A stretch of DNA of 64,000 bases, from positions 1 through 64,000 of the IMG/VR virus record IMGVR_UViG_3300020079_000007; one strand, written 5' to 3'. Made by a program: the position numbers and the translations under genes. The DNA comes from a virus. Its lineage: Duplodnaviria > Caudoviricetes. Positions 37,418-47,386 of this stretch are shown here, piece by piece. Under the pieces are notes generated by a model, which saw only the letters and a list, made by a program, of their open reading frames with translations, did no database searches and was not told the origin of the DNA. The stretch's first letter is position 1. Every line of letters begins with the position of its first letter.

Positions 37418-38508
37418 AGTCCCTGTCTTTCAGGTGCAATATCATCCCAAATTTTTTCTGCCTGATCTTCAAAGCCGTATTCAAATAACTCACTTGCAAG
37501 GTCATCAAGTTCTTCGTAAGATGCATCACCACGATTGAAAATATTGCTATGTAAATCGAGGAAGTCTTCACCGCCATCCAAGTTTCTAAGGTCTGTAGCA
37601 ATATCATAAATCAAACCTTTAGAGTCATAATGTGCACTTTCTTTAAGGAAACTTTCTACAAGTTTGTTGTCTTCAACCTTTTTTGACTCATTAAGAGGTC
37701 CAAGAATTGCATCTGGGTCAATCTTCAAGTAACGAGCCATCTCTGATTGTGTAATACCGTGATCTTTCAAAATATCACCAATATCAAGTGCAGAGTACAA
37801 AGTTGCTTTTGTTACCCCAAGTTCATCTGCAATTTGTGGAACTGTCTTTTCTCCAGTCAATACTTTTGCAATAACAGTTTTTCTTGGTGTTGAGATTTTC
37901 TTTGAAAGAGGCTCATTCATTCTTGGGTCACGACAGAAATCTTTCCAGTCTTCAAGGAAGTCTGCGTCGTGTTCGTCTTCAGCGCCGCCAACCATTGAGT
38001 CCCAAGCGTTTCCTGTTCCTGCGCCTTTGCTTTCTGTTTCAGATGTCATACCGTCAGGATTTATTGCACCTTTTGTTGGGTCGTCATCTTCTTTGTTGTT
38101 GTATGAAATTGCTTCAGCTTTCAAGTAGCGTCCCAAGTAATACTGGAAGTTTCCAATTTTCATATCCTGATATTCATCTGGATTGAAAGCTTTAATTGCT
38201 TTTTCAAACGCAATATAAACCAAAGACAAGAAGTCGCCAAATTCGCCGTTGGCAATTCTCATTTTGATAACTTTCTTTGAAGCTTCTTTTCCAATGAAGT
38301 TTGTCCAGAAAGTATAGAAAATCATTTTCTTACATTTGTTCAAAAGGAAAATTTCAGCATCATCGTCGCCTTCTTTTGCGTCAAAGATTGCTCCAAGTAT
38401 GTCATCCTCATATTCGCGAGCTTTATCGGTCATAGCGAAAAGTTCATCAAATTGAGAATTCAAAGCTCCGTAGTTATCTTCCTTTGCTTCTTTTATCTGT
38501 TCAGCCAT
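37414..38508 (-). CDS. Phage sigma70-family sigma factor
   Basis: Region 2-like AKEGDDDAE...DFLSLVYIAFEKAIKAFNP...FQYY; region 4 HTH TVPQIADELGVTKATLY. Confidence 0.75.
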   Translation of the reverse strand: MAEQIKEAKEDNYGALNSQFDELFAMTDKAREYEDDILGAIFDAKEGDDDAEIFLLNKCKKMIFYTFWTNFIGKEASKKVIKMRIANGEFGDFLSLVYIAFEKAIKAFNPDEYQDMKIGNFQYYLGRYLKAEAISYNNKEDDDPTKGAINPDGMTSETESKGAGTGNAWDSMVGGAEDEHDADFLEDWKDFCRDPRMNEPLSKKISTPRKTVIAKVLTGEKTVPQIADELGVTKATLYSALDIGDILKDHGITQSEMARYLKIDPDAILGPLNESKKVEDNKLVESFLKESAHYDSKGLIYDIATDLRNLDGGEDFLDLHSNIFNRGDASYEELDDLASELFEYGFEDQAEKIWDDIAPERQGL

Positions 38509-38541
38509 TATAGTCTCCACTAATAAAATAATTAGTGGAAC

Positions 38542-38949
38542 TTATATTATCTTTCGTGGGTTATTATAAACAATTATTTTATGTGGCTTGTTTTTTGATT
38601 GACACAATATAATGTCGTGTTTTGTGCCTCTACTTTGGCCGTCCCATAAAATAAGACAGTAATCACATTTGTCTACCATCTCAATGTTACGCTTAAAGCC
38701 TGCCCACGCACCATATTTACCCCATTCAGCAGGAAAATCCCAAGTAAGAACTTTATGTTTATCTGCCCAATCTTTTGCAATCTTATCAACACCACGAGCA
38801 AGGCCTTGAATAATTACAAAATCTCTATCACCTGTCCCATATTTTGCTTCTTGGTCTTTATAAATAAACTTAAGATACTCTTCTATTTGATGCTCAATCC
38901 AAGGCACATCAGTAATTGTCCTTGAACCGCAAACCATTACTCCAACCAT
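38542..38949 (-). CDS. SLOG-family (DUF2493/YspA-like) protein
   Basis: VCGSR, GLARGVD, AGFKRN, WDGQSRGT. Confidence 0.85.
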   Translation of the reverse strand: MVGVMVCGSRTITDVPWIEHQIEEYLKFIYKDQEAKYGTGDRDFVIIQGLARGVDKIAKDWADKHKVLTWDFPAEWGKYGAWAGFKRNIEMVDKCDYCLILWDGQSRGTKHDIILCQSKNKPHKIIVYNNPRKII

Positions 38950-38957
38950 TGTTCACC

Positions 38958-39383
38958 TTACTTTTTCATATGTTCAAGGATATGGTCAGTAGGCTGCAAT
39001 TCACAAGCTTTAACAACTAAACCATCAGCAGGACAGCCTGCTCTTTCAACTCTTACTTTTGAACTGTCTGCAAAAACGTAATCTTTATTATCAACATCAT
39101 CGTGAACTCTGATTGCTTTCATTCCAATTGAACCTACGAATGTTCCGAAACCTGTCATCGAGTGCAAGTCAGATGTATCTGAACCGTCACGATATACTGA
39201 GTAAAGAACTGGGTCAGGTTTTGCTTTTTGCCCTTCAGGTGAGTCAAATGTTGAGTCAGGACACTCATTAAGAAATGTATCAATTGAAGCAAGTCGCGCT
39301 TGAAGAGAAGCAAAGTCACAAGTTAACAAAAAGTAACCTCTTTGTCCGCCTTCACGACAATTTTCTTTTTTCTTTATAAACAT
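38958..39383 (-). CDS. Stand-alone family A DNA polymerase motif-A fragment with Hint-like tail
   Basis: GYFLLTCDFASLQARLAS and DLHSMTG match PolA motif A and DxH; own class II motif and SD AGGGAG. Confidence 0.7.
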   Translation of the reverse strand: MFIKKKENCREGGQRGYFLLTCDFASLQARLASIDTFLNECPDSTFDSPEGQKAKPDPVLYSVYRDGSDTSDLHSMTGFGTFVGSIGMKAIRVHDDVDNKDYVFADSSKVRVERAGCPADGLVVKACELQPTDHILEHMKK

Positions 39384-39442
39384 ATATTCTCCCTAGCACC
39401 GAAATGTGCCATAATCTTATATTTTATATTAACTAAATTTTT

Positions 39443-39622
39443 ATGTTAAAAATCATAACAGCAAATAACGAATATTACTTATATGACGACTACGACTTTT
39501 ATGGTCCTTACCATTCAATCGCTGACGCAACTTTTGCAAGGCATACTCTTTCAAGACAGCACAAAATTTCATTGGAAGAATCTGCTCAACTTTTAGGATA
39601 TAAGTTTATCACTAACTTGTAA
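39443..39622 (+). CDS. Small hypothetical protein (59 aa, not in the ORF track)
   Basis: MLKIITANNEYY...; ACTAAAT 4 nt upstream. Confidence 0.55.
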   Translation: MLKIITANNEYYLYDDYDFYGPYHSIADATFARHTLSRQHKISLEESAQLLGYKFITNL

Positions 39623-39626
39623 AGTA

Positions 39627-39974
39627 TCAGAATAACGCATTCCAGTCATCATCAATCTCTACGTCATAACGATACAATAACTTTACATCTTTATAAATAT
39701 ATTCTTTTCGGGGTGCGGTTATTATAAGACAATCGTCAAACTCTTCAATCGTAAATGAGTTATAATCTTTTGAAAAGTTCCAAGGGTTATCATCATATTT
39801 ACTTTGTATAGCAATGTAATCATCGCCGCATTTGAGAGTTGAGTAACCCTTAATATAATTTTCAGGCTTTACAAATGTTGCAACCCATTTACCTAAAATG
39901 TTTTCTTCAAAAGCAAGATGGACTTCTCTGAGTTCATTCATAAATCTGCCTCTCATAGCTTCTTTCAAACTCAT
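39627..39974 (-). CDS. Hypothetical protein
   Basis: 115-aa ORF. Confidence 0.65.
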   Translation of the reverse strand: MSLKEAMRGRFMNELREVHLAFEENILGKWVATFVKPENYIKGYSTLKCGDDYIAIQSKYDDNPWNFSKDYNSFTIEEFDDCLIITAPRKEYIYKDVKLLYRYDVEIDDDWNALF

Positions 39975-40498
39975 ATTGTAAACGGCTCATTTCTCCAATC
40001 CCTTGGAGATATTTTCTTTTCAAGCTTGTCCATTCTCTCAAGAAGTTTTGCAATAATTTCAAGCATAAACCAATCGGGATTCATATTACCATTAGGATGC
40101 GCATTATTTGCATCATCAATAATCTGTTGTGCTTCGTTCAATTTTTCTTGATGATACGCTTCTTCCGCAGCTTTCCTTTCTGCTTCTCGCAATTCTTCAA
40201 TTTTTGGCTCAACGTATTGTTTCCAATTTTTACCGTCAACATCAGGACTTACTCGAGGTCTTCCCATATAGTCGTAATTACTTAAAGCTTCTTTTGCAAA
40301 TTCAAGAGCATCTTCTTCAGTAAAATTGTCATTAAGTTTTCGAAGATAACAATGGCGGCAAAGTCCTTTGAAGCGGTCATTCATTTCCCAAACAAAAGTA
40401 TGTCCTTCTGCTTTATAAAGGTCACCGCATTCTTTACATTTGATTGTTTTTTCTTTTTTCTTCAAAAAGACCAAAGAGATGCTTGTCAACTCCATCAA
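39971..40498 (-). CDS. Hypothetical protein with CxxC...CxxC
   Basis: 175-aa ORF. Confidence 0.65.
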   Translation of the reverse strand: MMELTSISLVFLKKKEKTIKCKECGDLYKAEGHTFVWEMNDRFKGLCRHCYLRKLNDNFTEEDALEFAKEALSNYDYMGRPRVSPDVDGKNWKQYVEPKIEELREAERKAAEEAYHQEKLNEAQQIIDDANNAHPNGNMNPDWFMLEIIAKLLERMDKLEKKISPRDWRNEPFTI

Positions 40499-40576
40499 TA
40501 TTTAATTTATAAGCCATTACTGTTCCTCTTTTTCTTCAAAGTCCTACTAAATAAAAAATCAAGGAATAGTAGGATT

Positions 40577-41284
40577 ATGAATTATCGCAAATTATATATT
40601 AACATTATAACTTATGCAAAATCACAAAACAGATATAAGGGTGATGGCAATTATTATGAGAGTCATCATATTTTGCCAAAATCTTTATTCCCTCTTTGGA
40701 AAAATCGAAAGTCAAATAAAGTTCTATTAACAGCTCGTGAACATTTCTTTTGTCATCAGTTACTAACAAAAATATACCCTTGCAACGAAATGTTTTTTGC
40801 GTGTCACGCTTTTGTTTCAAGACCAAATGCAGATTATAGAATAACTTCAAGAGAATATGAAAGATTAAAAATTGAATTCGTAAAAAGAATGCGTCCCATA
40901 TCTATAGCGTGCAATACGGGTAGAAAGCATACGCCTGAAGCTATAGAAAAAATAAAAGCTGCAAGACTTAGACAAACACTCTTGGGAAGAACAAATAAAG
41001 GATGTAAGTGGTCAGATGAAGCAAAAGCAAATATGAGCAAAATAGCAAAAGCTCGTATGACTCCAGAGCTTAAAGAAATTATCAAAAACAAAACAAGACT
41101 AACTTGCGCTAAAAGAATTCGTAATATAGAAACTGGAAAAGTGTTTGACTGTATAACAGACGTTAAATTATGGCTTGGTAAAAACGTTCAAGTATCAAAT
41201 ATAGTTGGCAGCATAAAAGGAAGAAAACATTACGCATATAAAAACCCAGATACAGGAGAGCCCCTGCACTGGGAGTATTGTTAA
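40577..41284 (+). CDS. HNH homing endonuclease with NUMOD-type DNA-binding repeats
   Basis: MNYRKLY...ESHHILPK...NKVLLTAREHFFCHQLL; HTPEAIEKIK. Confidence 0.88.
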   Translation: MNYRKLYINIITYAKSQNRYKGDGNYYESHHILPKSLFPLWKNRKSNKVLLTAREHFFCHQLLTKIYPCNEMFFACHAFVSRPNADYRITSREYERLKIEFVKRMRPISIACNTGRKHTPEAIEKIKAARLRQTLLGRTNKGCKWSDEAKANMSKIAKARMTPELKEIIKNKTRLTCAKRIRNIETGKVFDCITDVKLWLGKNVQVSNIVGSIKGRKHYAYKNPDTGEPLHWEYC

Positions 41285-42747
41285 GATTCAGAAGATTCTT
41301 CATCTGAAGACCTATCATAAGGCCGACGTGGCTCGCCGTTATCGTTTAAAACTGGGGTCATTTTCATAATGTCTGGGTCAAATAAATACATTCCCAGTGC
41401 ACCTATGCGCCCCTGATTTTGTTTAAGCATATGCATTTCACAGTAGTCTGGAAGGTCTTCCCAAAGTTCTTTGTCTTCGATATAAAGTTCAGCATAATAC
41501 TTTGGTCTGAACAAACCTACAGCCCAACGAACACGCTCAAGAAAGGCACCCGCATTTTTAATTTGATTTCTTACAGGACGGAATCTGTTCAAGTCATCAA
41601 GATCATCAATATGTTGTGCTTCACCTTCACCTTTACGATTCATCTGAAGAACAGCAATGTAGTGGAAGCCAAGTTCCTTTGCCATTGCATTAAGGACGTT
41701 GATTGCAACTTCAATACCCTGTGCAAAGTTCATACCCTTTTCATCAGTAATCATAAACTCTTTAATCATTGAAAGCAAGTCGAATACAACAACCATATAT
41801 TCTTGGCCAATGTCCTGCTGAAATTTTTTAATATCCTGCTTAACCTGTGTTAAAGATATGGAAGCACATTCACTGAAACGGAAGTTTGGATTTTGTTTCA
41901 ATACTGCGAACTGATTTTTGATTTCTTTCTTAACCATCTCAAACATTTCTTTGTCAGGAGGATTGACGATTGTGTCCATATCAATCCCTGTGTTCAAAGC
42001 AATGTCACGGTCAAAAGTATCCATAAGTCCCATTTCCAAAGAGTAATACATTAAAGGAACTCTTGATACCATCATTCTGTTAATCAAGTTCAAACACCAA
42101 GCAGACTTACCCATACCTGTTGCTGCGGCAATCAAACCACCACACCCAGGAGCAGGTCCATACTTTACATACTTATCAAGGATTGGGTCGCCGAACAAAT
42201 ACTGCTTACCGTTCTTACGATCTTCGAAGTTTTCTATATATGTTTTTTCAACATCTTCGAGAGTCATAATACGCTGCTTTCTTGTAATCGGCATCAAATC
42301 ACTTTCGCTTTCATACAAAAGTTTTTTGATTTTTTCGTTTACTTCATCACTGCGAATTGGGTTTTCTGAAACAAGTTTTCTTACTTCATCAAGACGCTTA
42401 AGAGCATTTACAGACATCTTTGTGTCCTGTAACATTTCAACTGCGTCTTTAATAACAACATCTTTATTTGAATTGATACCCGCTATAGCTTTGATAACAT
42501 CAAAAGTAACATTGATGTTTCTTGCTGATGCATCCTGAAATAATGCCTGAGGAGTAAGTGGGATATTATTGTTTGTGAGTTTTTCGATTGAGTCAAAAAT
42601 GTCTTTGTAAGTCTCGTGGACGAACAAGTCTTTTTCAACGCCTGTTACTTGAAAGTTATCTTTATTTACATAAAGGGCGTTAAGCAATCTCATTTCCGCA
42701 ACATTTACGGAAGTCTGCTCATCTAAGTTTTCAACTTTTGAATTCAT
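41281..42747 (-). CDS. DnaB-like replicative helicase
   Basis: AATGMGKS, YSLEM, VVFDLL, LQMNR, KQNQG. Confidence 0.88.
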   Translation of the reverse strand: MNSKVENLDEQTSVNVAEMRLLNALYVNKDNFQVTGVEKDLFVHETYKDIFDSIEKLTNNNIPLTPQALFQDASARNINVTFDVIKAIAGINSNKDVVIKDAVEMLQDTKMSVNALKRLDEVRKLVSENPIRSDEVNEKIKKLLYESESDLMPITRKQRIMTLEDVEKTYIENFEDRKNGKQYLFGDPILDKYVKYGPAPGCGGLIAAATGMGKSAWCLNLINRMMVSRVPLMYYSLEMGLMDTFDRDIALNTGIDMDTIVNPPDKEMFEMVKKEIKNQFAVLKQNPNFRFSECASISLTQVKQDIKKFQQDIGQEYMVVVFDLLSMIKEFMITDEKGMNFAQGIEVAINVLNAMAKELGFHYIAVLQMNRKGEGEAQHIDDLDDLNRFRPVRNQIKNAGAFLERVRWAVGLFRPKYYAELYIEDKELWEDLPDYCEMHMLKQNQGRIGALGMYLFDPDIMKMTPVLNDNGEPRRPYDRSSDEESSES

Positions 42748-42767
42748 ATATTTAAATTAACCTCAAA

Positions 42768-43523
42768 TTAGAATAAGCTGCCCGTAAACTCGACAGTTGT
42801 AGATTGCAAATAATTATCCAAGAACTGAAGATAACAATTATGTAACTTAACTTCTCTTTCAACAAAGTCTTGAATTGAATGAGAAAGCCCGTTTGACTCA
42901 ATGTCTTCAATCTTTACATTACTTACAAATAAAATGCCTTTATTCAACTGACCTATTCTTTTACGAATCCAAGAGTCAAGAAAGGACAACATAAAACCAC
43001 TTTTATAAAGTTTCATTTTTTCTTTATCAAATGACTCATCAACAATTATAAGATCAGTATTCTCAAGCTTTTCAATTTTTGCAATTGCTTTTTCTTTTCT
43101 TTCTTCATTGAAGTCTTCAGCATCCATAAGTGTATGTATCAAATCATTCATCAATACATATCTTACTGAAAAGCCTTTTGACAATAAAGACTTACCTACC
43201 CAAGATGCAAGTGTTGACTTTTGTGTACCGTTTGGTCCATACATATAAACCATCAACTTTCTTACTTCAGGATTAAGTTCAAATTGCTTTACATAATTTA
43301 CTAAACGGTCTTTATCCGCTGCGGACTTTGTACCCACATAAGAACGAGGTGAATAGTTGAAGTGGCGCATATCAAATCCGTTATGTTTGTACTGTCTCTC
43401 TAACTGACTTTCTGCAACCCACTTCTTGTGGCAATCACACTCCGTAGCGACCTGAAAGAAACCTGTCGGGTCAGTTTTGTATATGTACCCGTCTTTGCAT
43501 TTACCACAAGATTTAAATTCCAT
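42768..43523 (-). CDS. DnaC/IstB-like helicase loader
   Basis: N-terminal CxxC...CxC, Walker A variant GPNGTQKS, LIIVDE; adjacent to the helicase. Confidence 0.75.
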   Translation of the reverse strand: MEFKSCGKCKDGYIYKTDPTGFFQVATECDCHKKWVAESQLERQYKHNGFDMRHFNYSPRSYVGTKSAADKDRLVNYVKQFELNPEVRKLMVYMYGPNGTQKSTLASWVGKSLLSKGFSVRYVLMNDLIHTLMDAEDFNEERKEKAIAKIEKLENTDLIIVDESFDKEKMKLYKSGFMLSFLDSWIRKRIGQLNKGILFVSNVKIEDIESNGLSHSIQDFVEREVKLHNCYLQFLDNYLQSTTVEFTGSLF

Positions 43524-43525
43524 AC

Positions 43526-44350
43526 TTAATTATTCCACCAATTGTTTCTTTTTGCTTCAGAGAAAGCTGTTCTCTCTTCAAAAAGTTTTTTAAGATCATC
43601 ATAATGACGGTCATAAATGTGCATTGAATCTGATGTCCAAATAATTGTACCGACTTCAAGGTCAGGATATGTTTCCTTCAAGTCTTCATACATATTTTGA
43701 TATACAAAACAATTCCAAGAAAGGTCAGAACAAATGAAACCATAACGAACATCGTTACTTCTCATATTGTGAACCATAAACAACCTGTTATCACGAATAA
43801 AGAAATGCGAATACATTGTGCAAATCATATCGTGCATCCCTTCTCTTTTGTAATCTTTATAAATTGAAGGACGGTTGTAAACAATAATTGCATTACGAGT
43901 AGTCTTGTCTTTCTTCAAAACATTCAAACACTCATCATACTGACTTCCATTTTCTTCACTGAAAACACACCAACCATAATTTGAATTAACTTCTTTCTTA
44001 TCATCTTTTGTGCAGCAAGACTGCCAAGTTGGGTTGCTTTCAATCCCTTCGTGTCCTATGATTGATAAGTCCATAGACTTGTACCAATCAAGTTCCGACT
44101 TTACATAATTCTTCGGTGTCTGAAACATTTTGTCGATATAAACATAAGGTGAATATGGGTCAAGCTGAATAGTCTTTGCAAGAAGTTCGGCATAAGAAGA
44201 CTGTCCTTCAACCTGTGAAGCATTTGCACCTGTCTTTACGACATCATCGTTCATAACTTTTCCGTATAAAGGCCAAAGAAGTTCATCTCTAATAACTTCG
44301 TCATTATGACGATTAAGTTCAATAGGCTCTTCTACTTTAAATTTTCTCAT
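43526..44350 (-). CDS. T4 gp42-like dCMP hydroxymethylase (thymidylate synthase fold)
   Basis: VNSNYGW, RPS, DMICT, MRSND..YGF..SD..W, SMHIYDRH; Asp at the pyrimidine-specificity position. Confidence 0.85.
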   Translation of the reverse strand: MRKFKVEEPIELNRHNDEVIRDELLWPLYGKVMNDDVVKTGANASQVEGQSSYAELLAKTIQLDPYSPYVYIDKMFQTPKNYVKSELDWYKSMDLSIIGHEGIESNPTWQSCCTKDDKKEVNSNYGWCVFSEENGSQYDECLNVLKKDKTTRNAIIVYNRPSIYKDYKREGMHDMICTMYSHFFIRDNRLFMVHNMRSNDVRYGFICSDLSWNCFVYQNMYEDLKETYPDLEVGTIIWTSDSMHIYDRHYDDLKKLFEERTAFSEAKRNNWWNN

Positions 44351-44366
44351 ATTGTTATATTAACAT

Positions 44367-44403
44367 AAAAAGGGAGCGGCGTTCGTTTTAAATTGCCGCT
44401 CCC
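44367..44403 (-). terminator. Intrinsic terminator
   Basis: GGGAGCGGC/GCCGCTCCC stem then a U-tract on -. Confidence 0.75.
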
Positions 44404-44435
44404 GATAAGGAGTATGATAAATTTAATTGATTTGC

Positions 44436-45152
44436 TTAGTAGTAGTTTACAAGCTCGCCTTTCAAATATCTGACGTGACGACCTTGAATTGTTCTTGGCT
44501 CGCAAGTCATATAAGCTTCAGTAAAGGTAAACTTACCGACATTTTCTTTGCCGTGATCTTTTGCAAGTTGAGTAAAATACTGTGCAAACTTGTCGTTTAC
44601 AACATAGTTATTACCAACTTCAAAGTCTTTGTCACCGTTCTTGTTGTAATAAGCAGCGACTTTATCTTTTCCTTTGAAAAGGAATGAGTCCTGTCCGAAA
44701 CATTCAACATCAGTTGGGTCACCTACAAACTCGCCTGCTTCATTTTGCTGAACAGGGTCGAACTGAATAAGCTGCAAACCGAAGTTGAACAATTCATCTT
44801 CAGACTTTATATCTTTATCTCTTCCGACTGGGAAGATTATCAAAGAGTCTTCGTAAACCTGTTTAGGTGCATCAGAGTCAGCGCCTTCAATATATCCGCC
44901 TTTTACTGGGATAAAGCTGAACCCGTTATTTTTTACAATGTCTTTGAGCTTTGCAAATCTTGCTCGATTTTCTTCCTCAGAGCATTCGTTTCTGCTTGAT
45001 GAAACAATTACATAAGGAAACTTTTCAAGGTTGTTGAAGACACGGTTAAGAGAACGGCGAGATGCTTCCTTGAAAGAAGTATAGCCATCAAGACGACCGC
45101 TGTAAATTGGCTCTCTTCGAACATCTTCAAACTCTTCAAGTATCTTTTCCAT
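44436..45152 (-). CDS. Conserved T4-like phage protein (SLxR...ENxxR...GxYxE...FGQDS family)
   Basis: Motif pattern recognised; function unknown. Confidence 0.65.
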   Translation of the reverse strand: MEKILEEFEDVRREPIYSGRLDGYTSFKEASRRSLNRVFNNLEKFPYVIVSSSRNECSEEENRARFAKLKDIVKNNGFSFIPVKGGYIEGADSDAPKQVYEDSLIIFPVGRDKDIKSEDELFNFGLQLIQFDPVQQNEAGEFVGDPTDVECFGQDSFLFKGKDKVAAYYNKNGDKDFEVGNNYVVNDKFAQYFTQLAKDHGKENVGKFTFTEAYMTCEPRTIQGRHVRYLKGELVNYY

Positions 45153-45168
45153 ATTTGACTCCTTTTAG

Positions 45169-45486
45169 TTAGTCAATATCACCCCATAATTCAGGATGCT
45201 GCTTCATCATCTTTTTTGCGTTAGGACCCAAACTCCAAAGTCGGGTTTTTTCACTGTACTTCAAAACTCCGATACGTCTAAGATGGGCAAGCTGACAATT
45301 GTTCACACCGTTTACACGACGTACTTGAATCGATCTTTCTTTGGCTCTACTCCAAGCACTTGCCTTTATGTAAGGCTGAACACCCATCTCTTCATTTATC
45401 TGGGCTCGGTTTTGTGGGCCGAGTACATAAATCATATTAACAATTCTGAAAGTAAGCGATGTGCTTTTAATTCTTGGACAAATCAT
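45169..45486 (-). CDS. Hypothetical, possible winged-helix protein
   Basis: 105 aa; SD GGAG. Confidence 0.6.
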   Translation of the reverse strand: MICPRIKSTSLTFRIVNMIYVLGPQNRAQINEEMGVQPYIKASAWSRAKERSIQVRRVNGVNNCQLAHLRRIGVLKYSEKTRLWSLGPNAKKMMKQHPELWGDID

Positions 45487-45497
45487 ATCTTAACTCC

Positions 45498-45788
45498 TTA
45501 TTCTACAATACCGTCTGTCTTGCTGAACTTATTGAATACTCTTGCAACTTTTGTAAGAGCAGCATCAACATTACCGTTGTCAACTCTTACCTGAAGGATT
45601 GCACCCGTGTTTACAAAGCAAACATCAATCGCATCAAACTTTTCCCACTTTTCTTCTGGGATATAATTTCCTTTTTCATCGTAGTTCAAAAACTCAAACT
45701 CGATGTGAATATTAGGAAATCTTGGGTCAACATAAGTATAACCTTCTTTGCGATTTTCAAGATATTTCTTAAGCATTCTTCCTGTCAT
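45498..45788 (-). CDS. Hypothetical protein
   Basis: 96 aa; SD AGGAG; class I promoter. Confidence 0.7.
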   Translation of the reverse strand: MTGRMLKKYLENRKEGYTYVDPRFPNIHIEFEFLNYDEKGNYIPEEKWEKFDAIDVCFVNTGAILQVRVDNGNVDAALTKVARVFNKFSKTDGIVE

Positions 45789-45829
45789 AATCTGCTCCTT
45801 GTTTTCGATTTACAATAATAATATAAAGC

Positions 45830-45857
45830 AAAAAGGACGGAAGTTTAATTCCGTCCT
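45830..45857 (-). terminator. Intrinsic terminator overlapping the -35 box of a class I promoter
   Basis: AGGACGGAA/TTCCGTCCT stem plus a U-tract on -. Confidence 0.7.
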
Positions 45858-45886
45858 AAATATTTTTAAATTATTTTGTAATCAAA

Positions 45887-47386
45887 TTACGCAAAATGCT
45901 TTCCGCAGCAAGGGCAAACCTTGAATGAGTTTGGTGAAAGTTGTCCACAACCACCGTCGGATGAAGGACAATCAAGCAATGCAGGAGCATTCTCTGTCCA
46001 TTCAACGTGGTCGAGTGAACCGTCAGCCTTAAGTACTACGTCTTTGATGTAAGATTTTTCTTCATCAGTAAGTTCAGCGTATCCCTTAAGAACTGCAATC
46101 TTTTCAGCGCTCAAACCTGTTTCTGCTGCAGCAACTCTTCTTACAGGAGCAGCTTCCTGTGCAGGAGCACTTTCCTGAACTGTTTCCATCTTATCGAAAG
46201 AAGGAACATCAGCAGGATTGTCTACTGGGATGTCAGTAGCTTCAACTTCAACCTTTGCAGATTCTGCAACAGTTGACTCTGCAGCCTTTTCATCTTTCTT
46301 AGGATGTTCAGCCTTCCACTTTGCTGACTCTTCAGCAACAAGACTCTCCAACTGCTTTGCATAGTCTGTATCGAAAGCAAGGTCAATCTTCTGAATTGAT
46401 TTGAACAAATGCTTCTTAATTGTGAAGTAAGAAGTTGGCTGGAAGTTCTTGTCAAGGTCATAACGCTGATATGACAACTCTTCATCAGTCAAATCATTTT
46501 CAAAAGAAATGTATTTATACTCTGATGCATCAATACCCATTGACTTATCGAAGCCGGCTTTAACTGCTTCAGGTGTTGCAGAAACTGTACCATTGAAGAG
46601 GTTGTTTACTGTATCAGTACCGTCACCTGTTCTTGTGATAACAACATCGAAGTGTTCCCAACCTACCTTAAAGTTCTTACGAAGCTGTGTAAGTGGACCG
46701 AAGAATCCGTATGCAGGTACACCCTTTTCAGCATACTCTGTTGGCTTTCCGTCTTTTGTCACACCTTCCTTTACGCTCTTTGAAAGAAGCTTTGTGTGTT
46801 TGTTTGTTTTACACCAATCGTCGCGGCGGTCAATACAGTTGATAAGCAACATCTCAGGAGCTTTCCAACCACGAGCACACTTATAAGGCCATTCACCATC
46901 TGCAGAAGTATAACCACCCTTCTTAATCATTTCATAGATTTCAGGCTGATCTTCTGCGTGGATTTCAACGCCCTTCTTCTTTCCTGTCTTAGGGTCCTTA
47001 ATCCATTCTTTCTCAAGAACCTTATCAACGATACGCCAAATCAAATGGTCTGTCTCTGGGTCATCGCCACGAAGTGGGAGATAAAGATAGAAAGGTTTAC
47101 CATCATCACCTTTGATTTTTGAGATGTGCATAAACTTCATATCTGTTGGATTTTTGCGGTGGGCGAGAGGATCTTCCTCAACGAAGTTTCCTACGAAACG
47201 AACGATTGTAGGATGCTCTTTTGACAAGCCGACATACTTGATGTCGTCGTAATCGTTGCTGTAATTTTCAGCAGCTTCTTTTGCAGCTTTCTTATCAGCG
47301 GCTTTCTTTTCTTCGCTGCTAAGCCATTCATTGAATGCGTCATCGTCTTCTGATGATGCTCTTGAGTACATTACTTCATCACTCAT
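45887..47386 (-). CDS. Putative ssDNA-binding protein (gp32-like) with C-terminal zinc ribbon
   Basis: IVRF, INCIDR, FDVVITRTG, YDL pattern; acidic/Ala linker; replication context. Confidence 0.55.
   Translation of the reverse strand: MSDEVMYSRASSEDDDAFNEWLSSEEKKAADKKAAKEAAENYSNDYDDIKYVGLSKEHPTIVRFVGNFVEEDPLAHRKNPTDMKFMHISKIKGDDGKPFYLYLPLRGDDPETDHLIWRIVDKVLEKEWIKDPKTGKKKGVEIHAEDQPEIYEMIKKGGYTSADGEWPYKCARGWKAPEMLLINCIDRRDDWCKTNKHTKLLSKSVKEGVTKDGKPTEYAEKGVPAYGFFGPLTQLRKNFKVGWEHFDVVITRTGDGTDTVNNLFNGTVSATPEAVKAGFDKSMGIDASEYKYISFENDLTDEELSYQRYDLDKNFQPTSYFTIKKHLFKSIQKIDLAFDTDYAKQLESLVAEESAKWKAEHPKKDEKAAESTVAESAKVEVEATDIPVDNPADVPSFDKMETVQESAPAQEAAPVRRVAAAETGLSAEKIAVLKGYAELTDEEKSYIKDVVLKADGSLDHVEWTENAPALLDCPSSDGGCGQLSPNSFKVCPCCGKHFA

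Noticed and set aside
38958-39150. Functional split intein N-half
   Set aside because: No block A motif and no block B TxxH; only a Hint-like remnant can be argued
40352-40576. N-terminal extension of the HNH ORF in the ORF track
   Set aside because: It overlaps an opposite-strand gene; the family-typical start MNY at 40577 has its own upstream motif
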